The notes below the pieces were generated by a model that was given only the letters and a program-made list of their open reading frames with translations, made no database searches and was not told the DNA's origin. Both the position numbers and the translations under genes were made by a program. This document shows positions 1-9,654 of a DNA stretch of 57,208 nt, piece after piece. Numbering within the stretch: position 1 is the stretch's first letter; each line of letters starts with the position of its first letter. This DNA comes from a virus. Lineage: Duplodnaviria > Caudoviricetes. The stretch is from the IMG/VR virus record IMGVR_UViG_3300045996_001423, positions 1 to 57,208 of that record, one strand, 5' to 3'.

Positions 1-1191
1 ATCGTTGACACCTACACGATCCGCGACGGCATCAAGGATGGGTGGCTGGCTGACCTAAGAGGTTACCGTATCCGTTCTGCGATGGATCTGGACTCGGTGC
101 ATAAGCGAGCCGGTGACTTTGCCCTCAACGAACTGAGCGAAGTAGTCAACACAGTAACGAACAACGACCTTGCAGTGCAGGCGTGGTTCAGCTACGGGCA
201 GGGGAGGAAGAGCGTTGCCTTCTGCGTTGACGTGAACCACGCCAAGACTGTGGCTGACCAGTTCAAGAGCTACGGAGTGGCGGCGGAAGCAATCTGGGCT
301 GACGACCCACACCGTTCGGAGAAACTGAAGTTCCACAAAGCAGGGCATCTCAAGGTACTGGTCAACGTAGGTATTCTTACCGAAGGCTACGACGATCCTG
401 AGGTAGGGTGCATCCTGATGCTGCGCCCTACGCAGTCTGAAGGGTTGTATATCCAGTGTGTGGGGCGCGGGACTCGCATCCCCGCCGATGTCACTAACCT
501 CGTGGAGGCGCGGCGGCAAGGCCTGCCAATCTCCAAAGAGGACTGTATCATACTGGATCTTGTGGGCAACTCCGACAAGCACAGTCTGGTGGGCATTGGG
601 TCTCTGTTTGGACTCAACCCGAACATGGATATGCAGGGCCGTTCGATCCTCGACGTTACTGAGGAACTGGAAGAACTCAAGGCAGAGAGGCCGTGGGTGG
701 ATTTCAGCGTAGTCACCGACGCCAAAGGGTTGAAGTCTTACGCGGAGCAGGTAGACCTGTTCAAGACCTCGTTCCCGCCCGAGGTGATACAGATCTCCGA
801 GTTCCAGTGGCGACGTGGCAGCGACGGCTATACGTATGTGTTGCTGTTGCAGAATGACCAGCACGTTGTAGTGACGCAGGATCTGGTTGGCCGGTGGCAT
901 GTAGTAGGGGAGGTAAAGGACATTATAGTTCGCTCCGACCACCCGGACTTTGAAACGGCGATTAGGGAAGCTGACCGTCAGGTGAACATGTGGGGTGGCC
1001 GGGGAGCGGTGTCCACGTACAAGAGAGAAGTGTCGTGGCACAACGACCCGGTCACCGATGGGCAGATCAGACTCTGCAAAAGGTACGGTATCCCGGTGTT
1101 GCCGGGGGATACCAAAGGGTCGCTTCACCTGAAGATTGAAGAAGCGTGTGGCAGGGACAGGATTAAGAGGTTTGGGAGGAGGATTGCTTGA
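1..1191 (+). CDS. SF2 (Irc3/ResIII-like) DNA helicase, 5'-truncated by the window
   Basis: Frame open from base 1; helicase C-domain motifs VLVNVGILTEGYD, RPTQS and YIQCVGRGTR. Confidence 0.85.
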   Translation: MVDTYTIRDGIKDGWLADLRGYRIRSAMDLDSVHKRAGDFALNELSEVVNTVTNNDLAVQAWFSYGQGRKSVAFCVDVNHAKTVADQFKSYGVAAEAIWADDPHRSEKLKFHKAGHLKVLVNVGILTEGYDDPEVGCILMLRPTQSEGLYIQCVGRGTRIPADVTNLVEARRQGLPISKEDCIILDLVGNSDKHSLVGIGSLFGLNPNMDMQGRSILDVTEELEELKAERPWVDFSVVTDAKGLKSYAEQVDLFKTSFPPEVIQISEFQWRRGSDGYTYVLLLQNDQHVVVTQDLVGRWHVVGEVKDIIVRSDHPDFETAIREADRQVNMWGGRGAVSTYKREVSWHNDPVTDGQIRLCKRYGIPVLPGDTKGSLHLKIEEACGRDRIKRFGRRIA

Positions 1192-1637
1192 TTAAAGACG
1201 ACGCTGAGCCGTGTGCGTTTTCTACTGTAGGAGAGGAGTTGGTAGTGCCTAGACTGAGGGAACTTCTTGAGGAATCCTACAAGATGATAGACCACTACCG
1301 AGGACAAGCGAGTGCTGAGCACATTTTCGAGGGGCCAGACTGTGTACTCTGCGGATGTTTTGGTCCGATAGAAGACGATCAGCCGTGTGTTCCACGGAAG
1401 AAGATCCTTGACCTGTTGCGTAAGTTGTTTGACTCCTGCTGTACGACTCATCCGGATTGGGGATACGACATATGTGCTCCGGACGGCACGGTGATGAGTG
1501 AAGTGTGCAGCGCTCTTTACCCAAGATTGAAGTGTGGACACGACAGAAAATACCTTTACGACGGACCTCTCGCGGCAGAGGGCGGCGAATGTACAAAGTG
1601 TGTCGAGGCGTGTATGAAGGAGGACTTCGGTGGTTGA
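1188..1637 (+). CDS. hypothetical Cys-rich protein
   Basis: TTGA overlap with the helicase stop, GGAGG upstream, CxxC pairs. Confidence 0.55.
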   Translation: MIKDDAEPCAFSTVGEELVVPRLRELLEESYKMIDHYRGQASAEHIFEGPDCVLCGCFGPIEDDQPCVPRKKILDLLRKLFDSCCTTHPDWGYDICAPDGTVMSEVCSALYPRLKCGHDRKYLYDGPLAAEGGECTKCVEACMKEDFGG

Positions 1638-1854
1638 AGATAAGAACAGTTTTCTGAGCCACTTCATTACTACGTTTTTGGCTTCGTGGTGCGCTGCAAA
1701 CTATGACGACGCATGTATGAGAGGGCACCATGAGACGCTTGAAAATCCTCCCGTTGAAGACGCTGTGATTCTAGCCTTTACTGCGTGGAAGAAGTTGGAG
1801 GAGACTGGGTCCATAGACCAGTATGGGAGGGTGTATTTTCGTGAAGATCGGTGA
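1630..1854 (+). CDS. hypothetical protein
   Basis: AGGAGG SD, tightly packed ORF. Confidence 0.6.
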   Translation: MVEDKNSFLSHFITTFLASWCAANYDDACMRGHHETLENPPVEDAVILAFTAWKKLEETGSIDQYGRVYFREDR

Positions 1855-2194
1855 TTACGTATGGGTAGAAGCCCAAAGGTACAACGACGGGTTTGAGAAG
1901 TACTACGTTGTTGGGGAAACCAGTCGGTCGTGGCTAATTAACGAGAATAGAAACGCTGGTGCTGATCATTGGGGACGCGTGAAGCTTTCTAAAACTTTGC
2001 CCAGTCGCGTAAGGGTCGGTCATCAGGGAAACTGGCACACGGTCTTATACTCGGACGTGGCCTTGCGGGAGTACGAATGGACAAAGAAGCACAGGTATCA
2101 CGTTGGTCGCGTAGTGGAGGGGATTACCGACTACACCACGCTGAAAGTGATCGCGGAAATTGCTGGGTATGACGACACAAAACTGGGTTCCTGA
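1841..2194 (+). CDS. hypothetical protein
   Basis: GTG start after GGGAGG; fills the gap in the operon. Confidence 0.6.
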   Translation: MKIGDYVWVEAQRYNDGFEKYYVVGETSRSWLINENRNAGADHWGRVKLSKTLPSRVRVGHQGNWHTVLYSDVALREYEWTKKHRYHVGRVVEGITDYTTLKVIAEIAGYDDTKLGS

Positions 2195-2351
2195 CTACGA
2201 AGCTTACGGCATCGACCCGCGTTGCGACTGCGAAGGAAAGGGCAGCGACGACCATTACCTTAACGTAAGGTGCGGCGTCTGCAGAGTATGCAAACAGAGA
2301 ATAAAAGGAATCTGGTGGGTGGAGCACACAGTACAATGCCAAACGACTTGA
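2169..2351 (+). CDS. small Cys-rich hypothetical protein
   Basis: CxC and CxxCxxC motifs; packed ORF. Confidence 0.45.
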   Translation: MTTQNWVPDYEAYGIDPRCDCEGKGSDDHYLNVRCGVCRVCKQRIKGIWWVEHTVQCQTT

Positions 2352-2800
2352 CACACAACGAGGTAGCGGCCCTGACGCAGGAGCCGCAGGCCGAATCGCC
2401 CGCAAAGACGGAGGTTGACTCAGAGTGGGATCGGGCCACTGAGTGGTGGAATAAATTCCCTCCCGGTGGGTGTGTAAACCAGATGTGGGAAGAGGCCATC
2501 GGGGCGGATGTAGACCCAGACGAGTGTGTGCTATGGCTGTATCGCAAATATGGCACAGTGTTGGGTCACGAGCAGCCCGAAGCGCCCGCGCAGGATGCGG
2601 GGCCGAGCGACACCGAAATGCTGGATTGCCTTCACGAGCACCACAGCAAGATAAACCAGGTTGAACCGCCTGATGCATTCCCCGAGCCAGACTGCAAATG
2701 GGTCATCTTTTTGGACGGCGGCGACTTTATCTTTGCTGGTAAGACGTTTCGTGATGCGGCGCGAGCATTCTTTGCCGCCATGAAGGAGCAGGGGCGATGA
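2336..2800 (+). CDS. hypothetical protein
   Basis: ATG after GGAG; ATGA overlap with the next gene. Confidence 0.55.
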   Translation: MPNDLTHNEVAALTQEPQAESPAKTEVDSEWDRATEWWNKFPPGGCVNQMWEEAIGADVDPDECVLWLYRKYGTVLGHEQPEAPAQDAGPSDTEMLDCLHEHHSKINQVEPPDAFPEPDCKWVIFLDGGDFIFAGKTFRDAARAFFAAMKEQGR

Positions 2801-2961
2801 GCGACGTTGTTCTGGTCATTCCCGACCACCAGCGCATCGGCCAGGCAATCGTCAACGCGCTGTGTCACAAATTGGGGACAAAGAACGAGGACGTTCACAG
2901 GGTGTTGTTCTATATCAGCGACGAAGAACTGATCAACCTGATGGAGGAGATGGCTAAGTGA
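2797..2961 (+). CDS. small hypothetical protein (54 aa, MSDVVLVIPDHQ...), not in ORF track
   Basis: AGGAG SD; ATGA and GTGA overlaps on both sides. Confidence 0.6.
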   Translation: MSDVVLVIPDHQRIGQAIVNALCHKLGTKNEDVHRVLFYISDEELINLMEEMAK

Positions 2962-4007
2962 CTGAAACAGTACCATACCGCATTCCAAATTCTGAAGAAG
3001 TAATCCCGGTACCGGAAGGGACAGTCCTTCTGGCGTACCGAGGCAGTATCGCCCACAACATGTACTGCCCCGGCTCCGACCCTAATTCTATTGATGACGT
3101 TGACCTGATGGGGTTTGTGATACCGGACGCCAGGTACTATCTGGGTCTGTCTGAGTGGGGTTCTCGCGGAACTAAGGAATACAAAGAAGGCAAGTGGGAC
3201 TGCGTTTTCTACGAGATTCGCAAGGCCGTAAGCCTCCTCCTGCAGGGTAACCCCAACATCATGTCGATGCTGTGGCTGCGGCCTGAAGACCGCCTAATGA
3301 AGGACTGGCCAATTGGCACACTGTTCGAGCATCGTGACGCCTTCGTGGGTAAGCACGTCTATAACGCGTTCGCCGGGTACGCTCACGCGCAGTTGGAAAA
3401 GATGGAGTCGCGAGACCCGGCTCAGCTTCGTGAGTACATCGCGGTCACCAACGAGTTGAAGTACCGCGGCTCTCACCCCAACCATAAAGGGGAGGTGTTT
3501 CCCCGGCCCGTGCCTTTTCCAAATGCTTCGGACGGCGCAATTGACGGCGGTGATCTCGCTTGTATGGTAGCAGCGAATGAGCGCTGTATGACGGGTGAGG
3601 AAAAGAACGCCTATAACACTAGCGTTGACAAACTACTAGCGAAGCTCGCCTCTTACCACAAGAAGGGGGAGAACATCGGCTACATGGGTGATAAGCGGAA
3701 GCAACTGGTTGTGCAGCATGGTTACGACGCAAAGAACGCTGCTCATTGTATTCGCCTGTTGAAGATGTGTATCGAGTTCCTTGACACCGGTACCATGACG
3801 GTGTACCGAATACACGACAGGGAGCAACTTCTCTCCATCAAGAAAGGAGAGTGGTCTCTGGAACAGGTGAAGCAGTACGCCACTGACCTGTTTAACGACG
3901 CAAAGGCAGCGCGTGACCGCTCCACTCTGCCCGAGAAGCCAGACCGGGACAGGATCGAACGAGTTCTCGTGTCGATACTAACAGAGTATGTCGAGGTGAT
4001 GGGATGA
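2958..4007 (+). CDS. Pol-beta superfamily nucleotidyltransferase (RlaP/YcgL-like)
   Basis: AYRGSIAH...DDVDLMG catalytic signature, LLQGNPN, GYDAKNAAHCIRLL, LLSIKKGE. Confidence 0.85.
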   Translation: MTETVPYRIPNSEEVIPVPEGTVLLAYRGSIAHNMYCPGSDPNSIDDVDLMGFVIPDARYYLGLSEWGSRGTKEYKEGKWDCVFYEIRKAVSLLLQGNPNIMSMLWLRPEDRLMKDWPIGTLFEHRDAFVGKHVYNAFAGYAHAQLEKMESRDPAQLREYIAVTNELKYRGSHPNHKGEVFPRPVPFPNASDGAIDGGDLACMVAANERCMTGEEKNAYNTSVDKLLAKLASYHKKGENIGYMGDKRKQLVVQHGYDAKNAAHCIRLLKMCIEFLDTGTMTVYRIHDREQLLSIKKGEWSLEQVKQYATDLFNDAKAARDRSTLPEKPDRDRIERVLVSILTEYVEVMG

Positions 4008-4357
4008 CACCCAACGAAAAACACGCCTTAATTGAGAAGGAACTGTTTGGCCGAGTGTGGACACCTGACCCACACCCGTACTTCGAAGGCAACTGGCTGC
4101 GCGACGGAGAGCACTTGGGAGGGGCTGAGTGGGATGTGACTCATGAGCCGCCGAACTATTCCCGGAGGGTTGATCTCTGTGTAGACGCAGAGGCTAAGAT
4201 TGCCGCAATGGATCGAGACGACGTTTGGTGGTACGTAGACTACTTGTATCAGCAGATGCCAAAACACACAGTGTCTCCGTACAAAGATTTGTGGCTTATC
4301 AGTGCGTCTGCTGAAGTTCGCGTAGAAGCTATGGTTAGGATGTTGCTTCGTGACTAG
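4004..4357 (+). CDS. hypothetical protein
   Basis: ATGA-coupled ORF. Confidence 0.6.
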   Translation: MTPNEKHALIEKELFGRVWTPDPHPYFEGNWLRDGEHLGGAEWDVTHEPPNYSRRVDLCVDAEAKIAAMDRDDVWWYVDYLYQQMPKHTVSPYKDLWLISASAEVRVEAMVRMLLRD

Positions 4358-4694
4358 CCGTGAATTAACCCGGATCGGCGTGAAGATGATGCGGATGCTC
4401 GACATGGGCGAGTGGTTCCGCGAAGGCAAGCCCCGCATCAAGTTCACGGTGGTAAAGGATCTGGAGTCAGAGGGGTGGTCATGGTGGTGGGCGGAGGAGC
4501 GCAAAGCTGAAGTCAAGGTAAAGCGCTCCCTTGACCTTGAGATCACTCTCACTACGTTGCTGCACGAATTGTTGCACATACTTCTGGAAGGACACCGACC
4601 GCACCCGCTTAAATACGACCGGGATTATGAGTTTGCTTTGAATCGTTTAACAGAGGAGCTTTGGAAATTCTGGAAACCTTTGTTTATACCTTGA
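4350..4694 (+). CDS. putative zinc metallopeptidase (HExxH)
   Basis: TLLHELLH followed by a downstream Glu (YEFAL). Confidence 0.6.
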   Translation: MTSRELTRIGVKMMRMLDMGEWFREGKPRIKFTVVKDLESEGWSWWWAEERKAEVKVKRSLDLEITLTTLLHELLHILLEGHRPHPLKYDRDYEFALNRLTEELWKFWKPLFIP

Positions 4695-4720
4695 CACACA
4701 CCGCTTGCGTGCGCTATACT
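4691..4720 (+). promoter_or_regulatory. sigma70-type promoter P1
   Basis: TTGACA-CACACCGCTTGCGTGCGC(18)-TATACT in an intergenic position. Confidence 0.8.
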
Positions 4721-4737
4721 ACTGATTGGGAGATGCT

Positions 4738-4893
4738 GTGCCTAAACTTTCGTTAAACAATTCGGATCTGGCAGCAATATTTCCCGAGTTCTACTGGCCG
4801 CGCGTTCCTCGAAAGAGGAAAAAGGAAATTAAGAAGATCATCGTGAGGGCTGCGCTAGAAGCGGCCAAGGCGTTAGAGGACAGCAACGTTTAA
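4738..4893 (+). CDS. small basic protein (51 aa, MPKLSLNN...PRKRKKEIKK), not in ORF track
   Basis: GGGAG SD plus GTG start directly downstream of P1. Confidence 0.55.
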   Translation: MPKLSLNNSDLAAIFPEFYWPRVPRKRKKEIKKIIVRAALEAAKALEDSNV

Positions 4894-4900
4894 ACCCTGT

Positions 4901-5200
4901 ATGAAACAGTCACAATCAACAGCGCCGTACCAGGCGCACTCACAAACCAGCAAAGCCGCTGCCATTGACATCGGTGTAGTACGAACTAAGCTGCAGGTTA
5001 AGGTTCTTACGTATATCGCCAGCCGACCAGATGGGGCGATAGACGAAGAGTGTCAGCTTGACCTGCGTATGAACCCCTCCACACAGCGTCCTCGCCGCAT
5101 AGAGTTGCAGGAACTGGGTTTCGTCGTGGACTCCGGACTGAAGCGCCCCACCTCCAGCGGCAGACTCGCCATAGTTTGGAAAGCGGTGCTGCCTGCATGA
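4901..5200 (+). CDS. putative winged-helix DNA-binding protein
   Basis: DEE..L.MNPSTQRPRRIELQELGFVVDSG.KR.T.SGR.A.VW pattern. Confidence 0.6.
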   Translation: MKQSQSTAPYQAHSQTSKAAAIDIGVVRTKLQVKVLTYIASRPDGAIDEECQLDLRMNPSTQRPRRIELQELGFVVDSGLKRPTSSGRLAIVWKAVLPA

Positions 5201-5286
5201 GTAAAGGCCAGGTACTGCTCATCATTCTCGGCGTTCTCCTCGTAGCTGTCTGCTTCTACAAACCCAACACCAGGGGGTGGATGTGA
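5197..5286 (+). CDS. small membrane peptide (29 aa)
   Basis: ATGA and GTGA overlaps; hydrophobic core VLLIILGVLLVAVCF. Confidence 0.45.
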   Translation: MSKGQVLLIILGVLLVAVCFYKPNTRGWM

Positions 5287-5711
5287 TACCGACACGTCAG
5301 ACCATATTTGGCTACCCGCACGGCAATTGCTTTCAGGCGTGCGTGGCGAGTATTACTGACACACCGCTCGAAGAAGTACCGCACTTTTGTGATGGTGAGA
5401 ACGAGAACTGGTGGTCAGACACAAAGAAGTGGTGTGAACAGAACGGTTTGGTGGTCGTTAACTTTGAGTGGAACATTAATCTACTCCCCACTTTGGAAGC
5501 CATAGACGATCACTATATTGTGTCAGGACCGTCACCCCGTGGTAACTGGTTGCACTCCGTTGTTGGGTACAAGGGTAAGTGTGTTCATGACCCACACCCG
5601 GACGACGCTATGCTGGCGGGTGATCCTGTTGACATTATGTTAATCGTGAAAACGTCACGCGCACAATTTCTTGAAGACGGTAGGTTTCAATTGCTAGCGG
5701 AGGCTGCGTGA
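5283..5711 (+). CDS. hypothetical protein, possible papain-fold Cys peptidase
   Basis: GNCFQACVAS...LHSVV...VHDPHP gives a Cys-His-Asp order. Confidence 0.5.
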   Translation: MIPTRQTIFGYPHGNCFQACVASITDTPLEEVPHFCDGENENWWSDTKKWCEQNGLVVVNFEWNINLLPTLEAIDDHYIVSGPSPRGNWLHSVVGYKGKCVHDPHPDDAMLAGDPVDIMLIVKTSRAQFLEDGRFQLLAEAA

Positions 5712-7564
5712 TACCGACCGAGGGTATGGGGGAAGTAGAGTCATTCCTCTGCCAGATGGGGTGGAACTACCGACCGTCTGGCGCTGACCAGTTTGCCGTC
5801 GAGTGTTGCCCCCTGTGTCCGAACACAAACTACAAGTTCTACGTGTCCGCAGAAGGTTTGTGGGACTGTAAAGTATGCGGTGAGCACGGCAACCTGTATC
5901 AGTTGAAAGAGAAGACCGGCTACTCCATCACCGGAGTGCAGAGTATGAAGGACGCCGCCTCACGACGTTCTGCTCCGCAGGAACTGCCTGACTTCAACCT
6001 GTTCCACCGCAACCTGATGGAGAACGAGAAGTACGGGGACGTGCTGGATTTTCTCGTCCATGACCGCGCTATATCCCTTGACACCTTAAAGCGTTTGAAC
6101 ATTGGCGCTGCTGCTTACAAGGGCAAGTCGGGTTGTGGTAGGGAAGGTGAAGTTGTCTTGACGTACGTGTTCCCGTACTTCGACAGTGCTGGAAATCCCA
6201 CATTTTTTAAAGCGCGGTCTGCGTCTTGGGACCACAAAGAGTTCTGGGCACCTAGTGGGAGAGAAGTGCCGCTTTACAACGAGGCTGTGCTAAAGCCCGG
6301 TATGGAAGAACTCACAGTGGTAGAGGGAGAGGTTGACGCTGTAAGCCTCATCTCTGCAGGGTATGAGAACGTGGTGGGTATCCCCGGAGCGAACGTACAG
6401 AAGACCCCCTGGATAGAGAGGCTGGACCGGGTTGCGTCCAAGCAGATCTATCTGTGTCTGGATTCGGACAAGACGGGGCAGGAAGCGGCCCGCGCACTCG
6501 CCACCAAGATCGGCATTGACAAGGTAAAGAACATCGTCCTGCCGTCGTTTGAGGTAGACGGCAAACCCGGCAAAGACATCAACGACTGGTTCAGAGCAGG
6601 TAAAACTCTTGAGGATTTCCTTGCGTTGCGTGACGCCGCCCGCATGTTCGACGTGCAGGGTGTGCAGTCGGTCGCTGATGTTCTGTTTGAAATACTTGAC
6701 GACATAGAGAATCGGGGCAACGAGCCGCAGTACCAGTCGCAGTATCCCAGTCTGAACAGGAAAGTGGGTGGCTGGAACGACGGTTATATGGTGGGGCTGC
6801 TCGCAGCCGGTAAGCATGGAAAAACTACGCTGCTACTGAACATCATGAACTACCTGGCAGCGCAGTGCGGGCATCCCTCGTACTTGTGGTGCGGTGAAAT
6901 GACTCAGAAGATGTTGGTCACAAAGTGGATCTCCATGGTGACTAACACTGACTCGAAACTGATCACCAACGAAACAGTAGGTCAAGCGATGGAGTATGCC
7001 CGTAACATGAAGGCAGATTTTCTGTTCGGGCGCACACGTAACAATCACAAGGACGTGATTGAGTCAATTAGGCAGGCTGTTCGTAGGTATGGCACAAAGA
7101 TTGTGGGTGTTGACAACCTCCAACTCCTAAACGTAGACGCACGCCACGCAACTCAGGAGACGATGGCGATTGCGACAGAGTTAAAGAACCTGGCTCTAGA
7201 GTTAAACATTCTCCTATTCCTGATCATTCAGCCCAACAGAATTGCGGAGGGACAAGTTGCGCAGGCGCACAACGCTTACAATTCCTCTGCCATAGAAAAA
7301 CTGGTGGATCAAATGCTGTGTGCCCACCGAAACAAGGTAGCTAACGTAAAGGCCGACCAGCTTCAGGGGTTTATGGAAACTGAGGAGAACTTCGAGCCGC
7401 AGTTGTATATCCGCACAGACCTTAGCCGGTTCTCTGCGGGTGGGTGGTGCACGCTGTACCTCGACGGAGCCACTTCCACGGTGCGAGAGCTTGGAGAAGG
7501 CGACATCACAGTTCCGACCGGACCATCCGGTCTTATCAAAGTAGAGGAGACGCAGGAGATATGA
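5708..7564 (+). CDS. DNA primase-helicase (T7 gp4/Twinkle-like)
   Basis: N-terminal Zn finger CPLC/CKVC, TOPRIM VVEGEVD and CLDSDKTG, Walker A GKHGKTT, Walker B VGVDNLQ. Confidence 0.92.
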   Translation: MIPTEGMGEVESFLCQMGWNYRPSGADQFAVECCPLCPNTNYKFYVSAEGLWDCKVCGEHGNLYQLKEKTGYSITGVQSMKDAASRRSAPQELPDFNLFHRNLMENEKYGDVLDFLVHDRAISLDTLKRLNIGAAAYKGKSGCGREGEVVLTYVFPYFDSAGNPTFFKARSASWDHKEFWAPSGREVPLYNEAVLKPGMEELTVVEGEVDAVSLISAGYENVVGIPGANVQKTPWIERLDRVASKQIYLCLDSDKTGQEAARALATKIGIDKVKNIVLPSFEVDGKPGKDINDWFRAGKTLEDFLALRDAARMFDVQGVQSVADVLFEILDDIENRGNEPQYQSQYPSLNRKVGGWNDGYMVGLLAAGKHGKTTLLLNIMNYLAAQCGHPSYLWCGEMTQKMLVTKWISMVTNTDSKLITNETVGQAMEYARNMKADFLFGRTRNNHKDVIESIRQAVRRYGTKIVGVDNLQLLNVDARHATQETMAIATELKNLALELNILLFLIIQPNRIAEGQVAQAHNAYNSSAIEKLVDQMLCAHRNKVANVKADQLQGFMETEENFEPQLYIRTDLSRFSAGGWCTLYLDGATSTVRELGEGDITVPTGPSGLIKVEETQEI

Positions 7565-7716
7565 TCGTCGTCGTACGAATATTTGCGTTGATAGTTTTGG
7601 TTGTCAGCGTCGTCGCAGCATGTCAGTTTCCCGCTGATTCAGTGGGTAGCGTAGTCTCCTGTGCCTTAGCGTTGTTTGCTTTTATTGTAGCTCTAATACC
7701 GGAGGACATGTATTAA
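7561..7716 (+). CDS. small two-TM membrane protein
   Basis: AGGAG SD, ATGA overlap, two hydrophobic segments. Confidence 0.5.
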   Translation: MIVVVRIFALIVLVVSVVAACQFPADSVGSVVSCALALFAFIVALIPEDMY

Positions 7717-8112
7717 ATGCTGCACACCCAACCAGAGCAGTGGGTGCTATGGGCGGGGCTTCTGGTCGCTCAGAACTTTGCCTTCACATTTGTTAGCCGC
7801 GCAAGAAACTCAGGGTCTCTGACCCGTCACGTATGGGCCGCTCTTCTGAGTAACGGTGTATGGTTTGTAAGCCAAATACTTGTGTTCTCCCAGATGTTGA
7901 AGATTATCACCGGAGAGTATGGGTGGGCTGCTGCTGCAGGTGTTGGGCTGTTTTACACAACCTTCACAATTGTTGGTTCGGTCGCCGCACACTACGTAGC
8001 TTTGCGGACAGAGACAGCCAGGTCTGCGGTCGGCGCGAGTCGAAAGTACGCGCAGATACCGGTAGAGGAGTGGGAACGAGTTAAGCAGTTGACGCTTGGA
8101 GGAAACACCTAA
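7717..8112 (+). CDS. membrane protein
   Basis: GGAGG SD; about three hydrophobic helices. Confidence 0.65.
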   Translation: MLHTQPEQWVLWAGLLVAQNFAFTFVSRARNSGSLTRHVWAALLSNGVWFVSQILVFSQMLKIITGEYGWAAAAGVGLFYTTFTIVGSVAAHYVALRTETARSAVGASRKYAQIPVEEWERVKQLTLGGNT

Positions 8113-8328
8113 ATGCTGCACACCCAAGAGAGTTGTCTGCCACCGCTGTTCGCGTACGTTCGACGCCGCGACCACGAGGGAGAGGAGTGCGCTGTATGTG
8201 AGTACGGAGCGTACGAACAGAGGACGTTCGATACGTTGTGGTGCACGGATTGTGGCGACTCCATACCCAGATGGCTCACAAAAAAAGAATTTCTTGAACA
8301 CGTAGCAGACGTAAGAGGAGAAGACTAA
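8113..8328 (+). CDS. Zn-ribbon hypothetical protein
   Basis: GGAGG SD; CAVC...CTDC. Confidence 0.55.
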   Translation: MLHTQESCLPPLFAYVRRRDHEGEECAVCEYGAYEQRTFDTLWCTDCGDSIPRWLTKKEFLEHVADVRGED

Positions 8329-8331
8329 AGA

Positions 8332-8502
8332 ATGTCAGAGTATATAGTTCTATCAGCCAACACCAGTCAGGATCTGGGAACGTTGGTGACCCATCACATG
8401 AACAACGGATGGTGGCCGGTCGGAGGAGTGAGCGTCGTAACCAACGGGTTCCAAACAATGTTTGTTCAAGCCATCAGTCGCTTCTTAGGAGAGACGAAGT
8501 AG
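8332..8502 (+). CDS. DUF1737-like small protein, not in ORF track
   Basis: MSEYIVLSA...HMNNGWWPVGGVSV...FVQAI pattern; GAGGAG SD. Confidence 0.65.
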   Translation: MSEYIVLSANTSQDLGTLVTHHMNNGWWPVGGVSVVTNGFQTMFVQAISRFLGETK

Positions 8503-8679
8503 ATGGAGTACAAAGTCGTGGAGGCATCTAATGCGAGCCGCCTTGAGGAAAGAGTAACGGCCCACATCAAACAAGGCTGGAGGTTAGTGCCTGGAGGGTT
8601 TACTGCTGTCGTTTACGGGTCGTCGATTTGGTACTGCCGGGAACTTCAGCGTGGCTCAGACGTGGTGGCAACGTCGTGA
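8503..8679 (+). CDS. DUF1737-like small protein (second copy), not in ORF track
   Basis: MEYKVVEA...LEERVTAHIKQGWRLVPGG pattern; AGGAG SD. Confidence 0.65.
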   Translation: MEYKVVEASNASRLEERVTAHIKQGWRLVPGGFTAVVYGSSIWYCRELQRGSDVVATS

Positions 8680-9089
8680 CGACCAAGTCTCGAAAAGCGA
8701 AGGGCCGCAGCCTTCAGCAGACCATTCGAAATTCTTTGCGAGAGATAGGTGTTCAGTACGGACTGGTGGACGACGACATTGAATCGCGCGGGATGGGCCA
8801 GAACGGTGTAGACATCATTCTTACACCGGCTGCAAAGAAAGTGTTTGGCGATCTTGCAATAGAGGCGAAGAACCACCAACAGATTAACCTGACATCTACG
8901 TTCTGGCAGCACGCGCCTCGATATCCCAAAGCAGTAAACCTTCTGGTGTCGAAGAAGAACCGAACGTTGCCCCTGGTGACGATGACGCTGAGTGACTACC
9001 TCGACATGCTCCGCAAGCTGCTCGCATACAAGAGTTTGACAGGAGGGGTCAGTGGGCAGGCACCGAATACACCCTCAGAGGCTGAATAA
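8676..9089 (+). CDS. PD-(D/E)xK Holliday junction resolvase-like nuclease
   Basis: SRKAKGR.LQQ, MGQNGVDI, IEAKN motifs. Confidence 0.8.
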   Translation: MTTKSRKAKGRSLQQTIRNSLREIGVQYGLVDDDIESRGMGQNGVDIILTPAAKKVFGDLAIEAKNHQQINLTSTFWQHAPRYPKAVNLLVSKKNRTLPLVTMTLSDYLDMLRKLLAYKSLTGGVSGQAPNTPSEAE

Positions 9090-9462
9090 GGACGACTGGA
9101 AACGAATGGACAGGCAGGCAACGAAGGTAGTGCTCGACACTTACCAGCAAATTAAGGACTCGTTCGGAGTGGCTCAGTGCATTGACTACTCGCGGAACAC
9201 AGGCGGGCAGGGAGCGCAGTACTCCCCGGACATGAAGTTCAACGCGATGAACGCAGTGGAGTTCAAGGTCGATGTAGAGAGGGCGGTGCAGGCGTCGGTT
9301 AGCAAGGAACTGGCGGCAGAGATACTCTGCAATCCGCAGATATGGCTTGACAACCCCATCCGTACGTTGGAGATGCTCGACGCTGACGCAGCAATCGGTC
9401 GTACTTTCAAGGCGCGGGGCATATTCCCTCCGCGAGCGTACTTCGCACACATAAAGCGATGA
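9052..9462 (+). CDS. hypothetical protein
   Basis: AGGAGG SD; packed ORF. Confidence 0.55.
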   Translation: MGRHRIHPQRLNKDDWKRMDRQATKVVLDTYQQIKDSFGVAQCIDYSRNTGGQGAQYSPDMKFNAMNAVEFKVDVERAVQASVSKELAAEILCNPQIWLDNPIRTLEMLDADAAIGRTFKARGIFPPRAYFAHIKR

Positions 9463-9650
9463 AAAAGCAATACGTTGAAATAAGACGACCCGATAGTCAC
9501 GGCATGAAGTACGTGTGCGTTTCAGATCTAAAAAGCTTTTCTCTTCAAGACGAGTACGACGGCGCAGAACCGGGAGAAGTACTACATCTAACCCTTGTAG
9601 AACTGACGGATGAAGAGTTACTTGCGCTGGGTGACTTCGAGGGCTGGTAA
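9459..9650 (+). CDS. hypothetical protein
   Basis: ATGA overlap. Confidence 0.55.
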   Translation: MKKQYVEIRRPDSHGMKYVCVSDLKSFSLQDEYDGAEPGEVLHLTLVELTDEELLALGDFEGW

Positions 9651-9654
9651 AGCG

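Noticed and set aside
55-1128. Long antisense ORFs (55..1128, 50200..51030, 36582..37340, 20293..21108 and others)
   Set aside because: They are shadows of codon-biased real genes, with no motifs or SD, unlike the methyltransferase beta frame.
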